32,000 nucleotides of DNA. It comes from Candidatus Hermodarchaeota archaeon (GTDB lineage Archaea; Asgardarchaeota; Heimdallarchaeia; Hodarchaeales; Hodarchaeaceae). A program made the translations under genes and the position numbers. Numbering within the stretch: position 1 is the stretch's first letter; every line of letters starts with the position of its first letter. The stretch is from assembly GCA_048886185.1 (NCBI GenBank), contig JBHLKY010000002.1, positions 202,359 through 234,358 on the forward strand, written 5' to 3'. Positions 8,687-17,139 of the stretch are shown here, piece after piece. Under the pieces are notes generated by a model. It saw nothing but the letters and a program-made list of their open reading frames with translations, was not told the DNA's origin and searched no databases.

Positions 8687-9580
8687 ATGAAAGTTGGATT
8701 TGTTGGATCAGCTAATACTACTGTTAGATGTAGGCCAGATAAGTCCTTTCGTTTAGCCTCTTATTCCAAGAAAAGAGTCATGCAAACTATTGAGTCAAAT
8801 CTCCAATGTTTACAAAAAACGATCGATTTTAGTACACAAAATAATCTCTACTGTTACCGAATTGCTGATTTCATCCCTTTTTTTTCTCATCCTATTTCAC
8901 TTCCTTGGCATGAAGTTGAAGATACTTTTTCTGATTTGTTTACAAGTATAGGAAAAAGAGTTAGAAAACATAATATGCGAATCAGTATGCACCCAGGTCA
9001 ATATACGATAATAAATTCTCCTAAAGATGAGGTGGTTGAAAAAAGTATAAAAGAATTAGAGGCAAATGCTTGGATATTGGATAAACTGGAATTAAATAAT
9101 ACAGCAAAAGTGCAAATTCATGTAGGGGGAATTTATGGAAATAAAGAAGAGGCTCTTCAACGGTTTATCCAAAATTTTGACTATTTACCTGAATCTATTA
9201 AGAAACGACTAGTAATAGAGAACGATGATCGATTATTTGATTTTAAAGACTGTTCAACTCTATCCACAGAGCTAAAGATCCCTGTTGTATTTGATGTATT
9301 TCATCATTCGATAAAAAATAATAATGAGGGTATTATAGAATCGTTAGATATTTTATTAGACCTATGGAAAACAGATGATGGAACCCCAATGGTTGATTGG
9401 AGTCACCAAGAACCAAAAGCTCGAATAGGGAGGCATGCAAATTCAATTGATCTGGATCTCTTTAAAGTATTCATTCATGAAACAGAGGGAATGGATTTTG
9501 ATTTAGTGCTTGAAATACGAGATAAAGAGAAAAGTGCGATGAAAGCTGCCGACTGGTTACGTAAAATAGGGAGAATTTAA
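8687..9580 (+). CDS. uvsE: UV DNA damage endonuclease (UVDE)
   Basis: YRI..FIPF.SHP, MRISMHPGQY, IHVGG.YG.K, LVIENDD, VFDVFHH, HA, LEIRDKEKSA match UvsE/UVDE TIM-barrel motifs. Confidence 0.93.
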   Translation: MKVGFVGSANTTVRCRPDKSFRLASYSKKRVMQTIESNLQCLQKTIDFSTQNNLYCYRIADFIPFFSHPISLPWHEVEDTFSDLFTSIGKRVRKHNMRISMHPGQYTIINSPKDEVVEKSIKELEANAWILDKLELNNTAKVQIHVGGIYGNKEEALQRFIQNFDYLPESIKKRLVIENDDRLFDFKDCSTLSTELKIPVVFDVFHHSIKNNNEGIIESLDILLDLWKTDDGTPMVDWSHQEPKARIGRHANSIDLDLFKVFIHETEGMDFDLVLEIRDKEKSAMKAADWLRKIGRI

Positions 9581-10963
9581 ATGGGCAACGTAGATACTTC
9601 AAATGAGAAATCTCTTTTCATTTTTAGAAGAGATCTGCGCCTAGTTGATAATAATGCTCTCATTTCTGCTATTGAATCTTCAAAACAAGTTATTCCCATA
9701 TTCATTTATGATATATTTCTTCTTAATAACCCAAATCGTAGTAAAAACGCTATTCAATTCATGCAGGAATCGATTCATGATCTTCAGGGTCAGCTAGAGG
9801 AAGCAGGAGGAAAATTATTTCTATTTGAAGGAAAACCTTGGCTTATAGTCAATAGATTGTTAAATGATCGTGAATTAGAGGTCAAATCCATTTTTATTAA
9901 TCGAGATTATACCCCATACAGTCAGAAACGTGATATTTTAATATCTGAAGTGGCTAAGGATAGAAATGTAAAATTTCGGATTTTTAGTGATCTTTTATTA
10001 AATGAACCTGAATCAGTGGTAAAAAAGGATGGCACTCCTTATACTGTATTTACTCCTTACTACAAAAAAGCAACTGAATATTTAATTACAACTCCTAAAA
10101 AAAATATGCTGGATAATATTTACTCTAATCCTATTGATTCCGAATTAAAGTTTCAAAAAGAGGATTTTCAAACAAATCCTCATACTTTTATCAAAGGGGG
10201 GCGAAAGAATGGATTAAAAATCCTTTCTGAAATCCATAGGTTCCGAAATTATGAAATTGAAAGAAATTTCCCCGCAAAACAGGGGACAACATTTCTCTCA
10301 GCACATCTACGATTTGGAACCATTTCAATACGAGAAGCATATCATAAGATCTACACACAAGATATTCTACCATTAGTAAGACAACTTTACTGGAGAGATT
10401 TCTATTACTATATTGGTTTTCATTTTCCACATGTGTTTAATAAGCCCTTCCGAAAGAAATATAAATCTCTTAAATGGTCTGATAATAAAGAAACATTTAA
10501 ATTATGGTGTGAGGGGAGGACTGGCTTTCCGATAATAGATGCAGGTATGAGACAGCTCAATAAAACTGGTTTTATGCATAATCGAGTTCGCATGATTGCA
10601 GCTTCCTTTTTAACTAAAGATCTACTAATCAATTGGCAATGGGGAGAAAAATACTTCGCTCGTAAATTAATAGATTATGACCTTTCGGTAAATAATGGAA
10701 ATTGGCAATGGAGCAGCAGCACAGGCTGTGACCCCGTTCCGTATTTCCGTGTTTTCAATCCTTGGACACAGCAAAGAAAATTTGATCCGAAATGTGAATA
10801 TATCAAGAAATATATTCCAGAATTAAGAGAATTGAGTCCAAAAGAAATCCATGGCTTAGAAAAATGGACACCTGAAGAGTTACAGTATCCTAAGCCAATC
10901 GTGGATCATTCAAAGGCTCGTACACGAGCAATAATTATGTTCAAGAATATCCAAGAAATCTAA
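9581..10963 (+). CDS. phrB: Deoxyribodipyrimidine photolyase (class I CPD photolyase/cryptochrome family)
   Basis: FRRDLRLVDNNAL, LSAHLRFGTIS, QLYWRDF, W..G.TGFPIIDAGMRQL, MHNRVRM, LIDYD..VNNGNWQW, RVFNP..Q..KFDP. The ATG immediately follows the uvsE stop. Confidence 0.95.
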   Translation: MGNVDTSNEKSLFIFRRDLRLVDNNALISAIESSKQVIPIFIYDIFLLNNPNRSKNAIQFMQESIHDLQGQLEEAGGKLFLFEGKPWLIVNRLLNDRELEVKSIFINRDYTPYSQKRDILISEVAKDRNVKFRIFSDLLLNEPESVVKKDGTPYTVFTPYYKKATEYLITTPKKNMLDNIYSNPIDSELKFQKEDFQTNPHTFIKGGRKNGLKILSEIHRFRNYEIERNFPAKQGTTFLSAHLRFGTISIREAYHKIYTQDILPLVRQLYWRDFYYYIGFHFPHVFNKPFRKKYKSLKWSDNKETFKLWCEGRTGFPIIDAGMRQLNKTGFMHNRVRMIAASFLTKDLLINWQWGEKYFARKLIDYDLSVNNGNWQWSSSTGCDPVPYFRVFNPWTQQRKFDPKCEYIKKYIPELRELSPKEIHGLEKWTPEELQYPKPIVDHSKARTRAIIMFKNIQEI

Positions 10964-11016
10964 AGACAGATTTCTTAATACTAGGTATCTCTATTTGTTG
11001 AGAGAGTTTTTTACTG

Positions 11017-11754
11017 CTAAAAAATTCGACCTAAAGATGCATCTAAGACTTTTCCAGTCATCAAAGGGGTTGTAGCAGCAAATTCTATCATATCATTCAA
11101 ATCCTCTGGTAATAAAGGATAATCAAGAAGCTGCTTTGATATCATTGAAGATGATAAAATTTCAGCTGTAGTGCTGGTTTTCACAGCTTTTTTCTCCAAT
11201 TCTCTTTTGTGACGATCCGTAAAAACATATGTAGGAGATATACCATTGATTCGAATTTTTGGGGCTAAAACTACAGCCATTGAGCGAATTAAATAAACTA
11301 ATCCAGTTTTTGCCACTCCATAAGGCATCTTATCCAATGAAGGTTCATAAGCGGAAGAACTGACAATATGTACGATAGTTCCACCCTCAGACATGAGTTC
11401 AGCCGCCATCCTTGTTAATAAAAAAGCAGATGTTAAATTTACACTTAATACCAAATTAAAAAAAGAAGCATCAACTTCCAATGGATTTTTTGAAGCCAAA
11501 GATCCTCCTATAGTATTTATCAGGATATCTATTGATCCAATTTCATTTTGTATCCACTTTTTTAATTTCTTAATTCCTTCTTCAATTGTACAATCTGCTG
11601 AAATACATCTAATACCTGGAAAACGATCTTTTGACATATTCAGACTGCATATGAGAACTTGATTCTCCTGATTAGAGATTTTTCTCATAATTGCCTCACC
11701 AATCCCTCCAACTGCAACACCTGTTATTAGCACTCTTTTATTCTGAATAATCAC
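11017..11754 (-). CDS. Classical short-chain dehydrogenase/reductase
   Basis: ITGVAVGGIG Rossmann motif, ILINTIG, VNL, IVSS and catalytic YGVAK. Confidence 0.9.
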   Translation of the reverse strand: MIIQNKRVLITGVAVGGIGEAIMRKISNQENQVLICSLNMSKDRFPGIRCISADCTIEEGIKKLKKWIQNEIGSIDILINTIGGSLASKNPLEVDASFFNLVLSVNLTSAFLLTRMAAELMSEGGTIVHIVSSSAYEPSLDKMPYGVAKTGLVYLIRSMAVVLAPKIRINGISPTYVFTDRHKRELEKKAVKTSTTAEILSSSMISKQLLDYPLLPEDLNDMIEFAATTPLMTGKVLDASLGRIF

Positions 11755-12046
11755 ATCTGATTACCTCAATTTTAGTAATTAATCTTTAATTTATTTATCT
11801 CATTTCTTGAATTTCGTTAAGAAAAATAAATTTAACAGTATTTATAGTATGTACTGAAAAATTTCTTAAATCAAGCTAAAAATAAAGACAGAATCATGAA
11901 TCTGGAGAAATCATAATATAACTCTGAGCCAAAAAATGTCAAGAATGATTTAGACTATCCGAGTGTCACTCTGCAACCAGAGAATAGGAACAACTAAAAT
12001 CGAATTTTCGGAGTAGATTATAGTTGAGATTGGAGATGAAAAATTA

Positions 12047-12448
12047 ATGCCACATGTTGTTTTAAAAGGAAGTGTTCACGTAAAAGAGATTTTCACAATT
12101 ATAAATCCAATATTCGTTAGATTAGAAAATGGTCTAATCAAATCTAGTGAATTCTTTATTTCACAAAATGAGAATAGTATGATTATAAAAGCATTGAGTA
12201 TTGAAAATGAAAAGAAGATTTCTTTTCTTATCCTTATAAGTAATCGTGATGATGGAATTGTCATAAGGTTATATCCAGATTTTGATATCCCTAAGACTTT
12301 TGGAGTCAAAAAGATGTTAGCCGAGATAGCTATTCTGATTCTTAAGGAATTTAAAGGATTATCTGTTGGAAAAACGAATTTAAGCGAATTTTTACAAAAA
12401 AAACTTTTGATTTTATCAGAAAAAGAGAAATTCCACACCTTAAAATAA
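12047..12448 (+). CDS. Hypothetical protein
   Basis: 133-aa ORF with GGAG upstream and globular composition. No family assignable from memory. Confidence 0.7.
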   Translation: MPHVVLKGSVHVKEIFTIINPIFVRLENGLIKSSEFFISQNENSMIIKALSIENEKKISFLILISNRDDGIVIRLYPDFDIPKTFGVKKMLAEIAILILKEFKGLSVGKTNLSEFLQKKLLILSEKEKFHTLK

Positions 12449-12474
12449 TGTTACACTGTGTTCTTTAGTGATAT

Positions 12475-12942
12475 TCAGCTCTTAAATAATGTATAATCTC
12501 CTAGAAATCCCCAGTCTTCAATCTTATTGTACTTTGTCTTTCTTGATCGAAAATGCACCCAAATTGTGGCCTTATCAAGAAAGGGATTAGCATGAAAATG
12601 CTTTTGATCACCATATCGAAAGGCTTCTAGCACTAGGGGTAATTCCTGACGAAAAATTCTATCCCGAAACTTCAAAGTACCAATTCCCCCACTTAGTTGA
12701 CAATAGACATGGAGTGAATGTGTTGCTTCAGTTTTCAACCATTCAGCCAATACTTCATCCCGCATTATCCTTGTTTGCCATCCTTTAAGCTGTTTTTTGT
12801 AAAATTCATGGGCAATAGTGAGAAATAAATCTCCTGTCCGATCTGAATGGGTCAATGTATAACAGCGAGGTACTAGAGGGGAATCAATACCCGTTGGGGA
12901 TAAAAATGTAACATGTAATTTATTTGGGTTCAAACGATTCAT
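12475..12942 (-). CDS. Staygreen (SGR) family protein, Mg-dechelatase homolog
   Basis: LNPNKLHV, PRCYTLTHSD.TG.LFLTI, RDEVLAEW, LHVYC, R..IF..ELP..L.AF.YGD, I.VHF.S....YNKIE.WG are the characteristic SGR blocks in the correct order. Confidence 0.92.
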   Translation of the reverse strand: MNRLNPNKLHVTFLSPTGIDSPLVPRCYTLTHSDRTGDLFLTIAHEFYKKQLKGWQTRIMRDEVLAEWLKTEATHSLHVYCQLSGGIGTLKFRDRIFRQELPLVLEAFRYGDQKHFHANPFLDKATIWVHFRSRKTKYNKIEDWGFLGDYTLFKS

Positions 12943-14471
12943 TCTAGAAATCCTTCCGTCAAAAAGCGCTTAGTGGATGATAAATAATAGGGCTTGGAAG
13001 TAGAATTAACCTTTTCGAATTTAGGAGAATCTCTATTAATATTCATGCAGATCTCATCTATCAATTGTTTTGATATTCTGTCAAAAAGAGGTTGGAAAGC
13101 AAACCAATACGATATTCCAATAAGTCCTTTTGGGACGATTCTAAAAATCTGATGAAGTTCAATTTTTTTATCATTAATACGCCTTAAACGATATCTTAGC
13201 ATTGTATACCCCGGTATTATCAAGTCTGTATGTAAGGTTAGTTCCCTCTTTGGAATTTTATTCTGCATTGCAAGAGGGATCTCATTAATATCGATTTTAA
13301 CTTTAAAACCTCTGAAAAAACTATCTAGAAAAGCACCAAATTTCCAAAAGTATGAAATAATTCGCAAATTACCATACTGTTGAATCTGAAGTAATTTGTT
13401 CCACAAATCATCAGCACTACCACTTAAAATGGCCCTACGATGATCTTGGAAAACTAATCCTCCAGACCAAGGTGGGTCTCCTGGAATATGCCATTCAACA
13501 GGCAAATCAGCGTAGTTAGAATAACTTCCATGCATTAGATACTGTTGAGGGTTTAAAGCTAGTCGAATCGCTTGTTTGTGATTTAATAATTCTTGTGGAA
13601 TTAATTCTCTTATCCTAAAATCTTGACAAATAACCTCATTCTTCATTCCATCTATCAATGGACGAGCTAGGGATGATGGAATTCCTGTAATCAATCTAAT
13701 CCAATAAGAACTTAAGCTAGGAGTGAAGAAGGGTATAGGGAAAATTAATCGTCTTGGTAATCTTATAATTTCTATATAACTTTCCATAAACTGTTTATAA
13801 GTAATAATATCGGAACCACCAATATCAAAAGCCTCACCGATTGTTTCTGGTACATCCAAACAGTCAGTCAGATATTTAAGAACATTTTTAATGGCTATAG
13901 GTTGATTCTTAGTTCTAAGCCACTTGGGTGTAATCATAATTGGTAGTCTATCTACTAAGTATCTCATCATTTCAAAGGCTGCGCTCCCACTTCCAATAAT
14001 AATTGCTGCACGTAACGTTGTAACTGGTATTGAACAAGAATCTAGTATTCTAGAAACTTCAATCCGAGACTGCAGATGTTTACTTAATTTTTCTTTTTCA
14101 TCCCCTAATCCCCCTAAATAAATTATTCTCTCAATTGCTGCATTCTCTGCTGCAATAATTGTGTTTTGTGCTGCAATTCTATCGGATTCAATAAAATCTT
14201 TTATTTTCCCTTCCATAGAATGGATTAAGTAGAAAACCGTGGATACTTCATCCATTGCGTCTTCTAAGGTATTAATATCGAAAACATTAAGATTTACTGC
14301 TTTTAAATTTCTATGATGGCTCCACAATCGCGAATTCAATTTGTTTTTTGATCTAAACCCCACACGTACAATATATCCTTTTTCTAAGAGTTTTGGCACA
14401 AGTCTAGACCCTATGTAACCCGTTGCTCCAAGTACAAGAAGTTCTTTCTGTTTCAACATAAGTTTCTCCAT
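12939..14471 (-). CDS. Atypical SDR / NAD(P)-binding protein, YbjT-like, with DUF2867-like C-terminal domain
   Basis: LVLGATGYIGSRL, FYLIHSM, IIYLGGLG, SKHL.SR.EV, LRAAIIIGSGSAAFEM, QPIAI, W.GG, PKGL.G..YW. Its stop overlaps the SGR start (ATGA, 12939-12942). Confidence 0.85.
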   Translation of the reverse strand: MEKLMLKQKELLVLGATGYIGSRLVPKLLEKGYIVRVGFRSKNKLNSRLWSHHRNLKAVNLNVFDINTLEDAMDEVSTVFYLIHSMEGKIKDFIESDRIAAQNTIIAAENAAIERIIYLGGLGDEKEKLSKHLQSRIEVSRILDSCSIPVTTLRAAIIIGSGSAAFEMMRYLVDRLPIMITPKWLRTKNQPIAIKNVLKYLTDCLDVPETIGEAFDIGGSDIITYKQFMESYIEIIRLPRRLIFPIPFFTPSLSSYWIRLITGIPSSLARPLIDGMKNEVICQDFRIRELIPQELLNHKQAIRLALNPQQYLMHGSYSNYADLPVEWHIPGDPPWSGGLVFQDHRRAILSGSADDLWNKLLQIQQYGNLRIISYFWKFGAFLDSFFRGFKVKIDINEIPLAMQNKIPKRELTLHTDLIIPGYTMLRYRLRRINDKKIELHQIFRIVPKGLIGISYWFAFQPLFDRISKQLIDEICMNINRDSPKFEKVNSTSKPYYLSSTKRFLTEGFLE

Positions 14472-14483
14472 TTTAAGAGGATA

Positions 14484-15206
14484 TTAATAATCCTGGCGTG
14501 CTTTCCAGAAATCACCATAAAAGAAAAAACCAATTAATTGAGAAAATACAAATATTATTAATATGATTACTCCTATAACCTGTAATATAAGAATTTGATT
14601 ACTATAATATATAGATAAAGGGATAAAGTTCAGCAGAAACCAGATCCATGAAAAAATCGGAGCAGATATAAACATAAGAGATCTTTTCCATTTTGAAACC
14701 GATAAGAAGGAATTTAAATCGTATTTTATTCCAAAAGTAGGAAATTTAGCAATAGGTGCCCAAGACATCCACCTTGTTTTACGAAAAGTGGATTTAAAAA
14801 TAAAGTATTTCCGAAATCTAATTCCTAAGAAAAATCCAAATATCCAATGGATTAGGGTATGAGAAAGTATAAAATTTACAAAACTTAGTAAAAAATAAAT
14901 AATAATACTAAACCAAAAATCTATAGAAAATATAAAGATTAAAAAATAGAGACTTTCAATTATGATAACGCTAGCTGAGAATAGTATGGTACCAGTTTTA
15001 ATTGAAAATTTTGGAATAGTCCAACTATCGAAGAAAAATTCGTCAATTTTCCCTAGGATATTTCTATCTTCCTTGGTTAATTTGGCTTTTCGTGCGTATT
15101 TTACTGCTGTGAGATATTTTTGCCAATGACTCTTCCGATTTAATGTTCCTGTTTCATATAATTCCGTTAATTCCTTGACATTTTTGTTGAATTTGGTGCT
15201 ATCCAT
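14484..15206 (-). CDS. Hypothetical membrane protein with an M50 (site-2 protease)-like HxxxH ... GD layout lacking the catalytic Glu
   Basis: TM helices, SHTLIHW within a helix, an ISAP segment and a terminal YGDF. The family assignment is tentative. Confidence 0.6.
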   Translation of the reverse strand: MDSTKFNKNVKELTELYETGTLNRKSHWQKYLTAVKYARKAKLTKEDRNILGKIDEFFFDSWTIPKFSIKTGTILFSASVIIIESLYFLIFIFSIDFWFSIIIYFLLSFVNFILSHTLIHWIFGFFLGIRFRKYFIFKSTFRKTRWMSWAPIAKFPTFGIKYDLNSFLSVSKWKRSLMFISAPIFSWIWFLLNFIPLSIYYSNQILILQVIGVIILIIFVFSQLIGFFFYGDFWKARQDY

Positions 15207-15342
15207 TAGAAAGCCTTCTTAGGAGCTATAGTAACTACTGTTCATACCATTGAAAACAATAATTCTCAAGATTTTTTTGAAATATTTCGAAAATTCATTA
15301 GGTTTCAAGAATAAAAAGAGGAGAAGGATCAGGATGATCCAA

Positions 15343-16155
15343 TTAAGCAAAAATTAATCCCATAAAAACAATCCACGCTAGTGCTGATTTAGCAAAGAGG
15401 CTTAATAATTGATAACCTCTTTCTCCATATAGATAATCTTTCCAAGGGCCAATTTTCTTATACTGAAGAAACATATTCAGGGCAAAGCTATTAAAGAAGA
15501 CAAAATAAACTACTAGGGCAACATAGACAAAAGTAGGGACTTCACGTCCTACTGTGTTAATACTCAAGAATGTGTCGAGAATGACGATCCAGGGCATTAT
15601 TCCAGCTATCCATCCCAAGATATAAGGAGTCCAACTTGTTTTTTCAGTATATTGGTTATAAGTCTCCATTAACAATCCAAACATGTTCATTAATCCATTA
15701 AGTACGAAAATCAGAGCAAGGATCCAAAATTCGAGTATACCAAAAGCGAGTGCAATGAAAATGATCATCACCGAACTAGAAAAAGCATATTCGTACCAAC
15801 GAATGGGATTCATTTTCTTCTTCAAATTGGTTACATATTTGTTATATAATGGATAAGCAATCAGTAAATGTGCAATAGCTGACATCAGAAGAAAACTAGC
15901 TAACAGGATACCTGCAATGTTTTTAAAAGTGAAAAATACTTCAGGAACGGGCTCAAGGATTGGCCTAGTACCAGTTAATTCTTTTATATCGAGATAGGAT
16001 CTATAGATGTCAATCTCGAAGTTTTTTATTTCATCAACTACTAAGCTTAGAGCAAATATAACTATTGCTTGCACTAAGTGTAGGATACCCATGGCTAAAT
16101 TGAATTTCCGTAGATAGGAAAATGAAATTTTTGATTCTTCAACATGTGTTGACAT
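15343..16155 (-). CDS. Heliorhodopsin
   Basis: LRKFN..G.LH..Q, S...H, NP.RWYEY..SSS (counterion E122), MN.FG..ME, FN.FA.NM.LQY, GE..Y..LSLFAKS.LAW (Schiff-base K256). AGGAGG RBS upstream. Confidence 0.96.
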   Translation of the reverse strand: MSTHVEESKISFSYLRKFNLAMGILHLVQAIVIFALSLVVDEIKNFEIDIYRSYLDIKELTGTRPILEPVPEVFFTFKNIAGILLASFLLMSAIAHLLIAYPLYNKYVTNLKKKMNPIRWYEYAFSSSVMIIFIALAFGILEFWILALIFVLNGLMNMFGLLMETYNQYTEKTSWTPYILGWIAGIMPWIVILDTFLSINTVGREVPTFVYVALVVYFVFFNSFALNMFLQYKKIGPWKDYLYGERGYQLLSLFAKSALAWIVFMGLIFA

Positions 16156-16366
16156 AATGCAACCTCCTAGTGAATTGGCCTTTAACTTGATAGTTTATAA
16201 ATTCGTTGTGATGATAAAAACGTATTTTCCTCAAGAAAGATTATGGCGAATTTTTAAGAGAAAAGAGATTAATGAGAAAAAAACAAAGAACTCATTATAA
16301 TGAGGATTATAAACCTACCAATAAATGAGTAAGCACTTCTGAAATCATAAAGAAACGTGATAGTTA
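16156..16366. promoter_or_regulatory. Divergent promoter region between heliorhodopsin and the TspO-like gene; contains the perfect 14-bp palindrome CTCATTATAATGAG (16291-16304)
   Basis: On the minus strand, CGAA-TTTATAAA (BRE/TATA-like, about 16205-16194) lies about 40 nt before the heliorhodopsin ATG. The palindrome was verified by eye, with extra AATGAG half-sites near 16271 and 16324. Confidence 0.55.
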
Positions 16367-17134
16367 ATGTCCATTATGAAAAAAAGACAATTTTTAATTT
16401 ATGGTAATGTATTGAGTTTTATTTTAACCATAGTGATGAATTCTTTGGCAAATATTCTTCCTTTAAACGGAAAAACAACTGGAGAACTCAGTGACACTTA
16501 TCCAAACTTATTTATTCCTGCTGGGTATGTTTTTAGTATTTGGGGTCTGATTTACATCTTATTAACAATTTTTACAATTTCCCAGGCCCTACCAAAGTAT
16601 AGAGAAGAGGATGTTGTAAAAAAAATCTCTTATCTCTTTATTGTGAGTAATCTTGCCAATTCCGCGTGGATTGTATTTTGGCATTATGAAGTTATAATCG
16701 CTTCCTTATTGGTTATGTTGATACTCCTTGCCTCTTTAATTCTAATTTACATCCGATTAGAAATTGGAAAGAAGCCTGTGAGTCAAAAAGTTAAGATTAC
16801 TTCTCATATCCCATTTAGCGTTTACCTAGGATGGATTACTATTGCAACTGTTGCAAATGTCACAGCTTTACTTGTATCAATAAACTGGGATGGTTTTGGA
16901 ATAAGTGAAATCATCTGGACTGCAGTTGTAATATCTGTGGCAACACTGATTGCACTAATTCTGATATTTACACGTAAAGACTATGGCTACACTTTGGTTC
17001 CTGTTTGGGCTTTTATAGGTATTGCAGTAAAGCAATTTAATGCCCAAAATAACGTTGTTATTATCTCTTTTATAGCAGCAGGCATTTTAATCATAACATT
17101 GTTTGCTAGATTTACCTGGGATATAACTAAATAG
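16367..17134 (+). CDS. TspO/MBR-related tryptophan-rich membrane protein
   Basis: S..YP.LFIPAGYVFSIWGLIY, N..WI..WHY, PFSVYLGWITIATVAN, about 8 TM helices. It is longer than canonical 5-TM TspO. Confidence 0.78.
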   Translation: MSIMKKRQFLIYGNVLSFILTIVMNSLANILPLNGKTTGELSDTYPNLFIPAGYVFSIWGLIYILLTIFTISQALPKYREEDVVKKISYLFIVSNLANSAWIVFWHYEVIIASLLVMLILLASLILIYIRLEIGKKPVSQKVKITSHIPFSVYLGWITIATVANVTALLVSINWDGFGISEIIWTAVVISVATLIALILIFTRKDYGYTLVPVWAFIGIAVKQFNAQNNVVIISFIAAGILIITLFARFTWDITK

Positions 17135-17139
17135 GAAAA

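Noticed and set aside
9581-10963. Cryptochrome-DASH or (6-4) photolyase assignment
   Set aside because: The motifs (NNGNWQW, RVFNP) fit a class I CPD-type enzyme and I saw no (6-4)-type catalytic His pair. Exact subclass needs a phylogeny.
10191-14121. Antisense ORFs 10191..10430, 10420..10632, 11393..11662, 12076..12438, 13924..14121
   Set aside because: They are shadow ORFs opposite well-supported genes, with no motifs.
15343-16155. Ion-pumping type-1 rhodopsin (energy-harvesting) interpretation
   Set aside because: It lacks the DTE/DTD helix-C and DxxxK helix-G motifs and has the heliorhodopsin RWxEY and SLxAK motifs instead.
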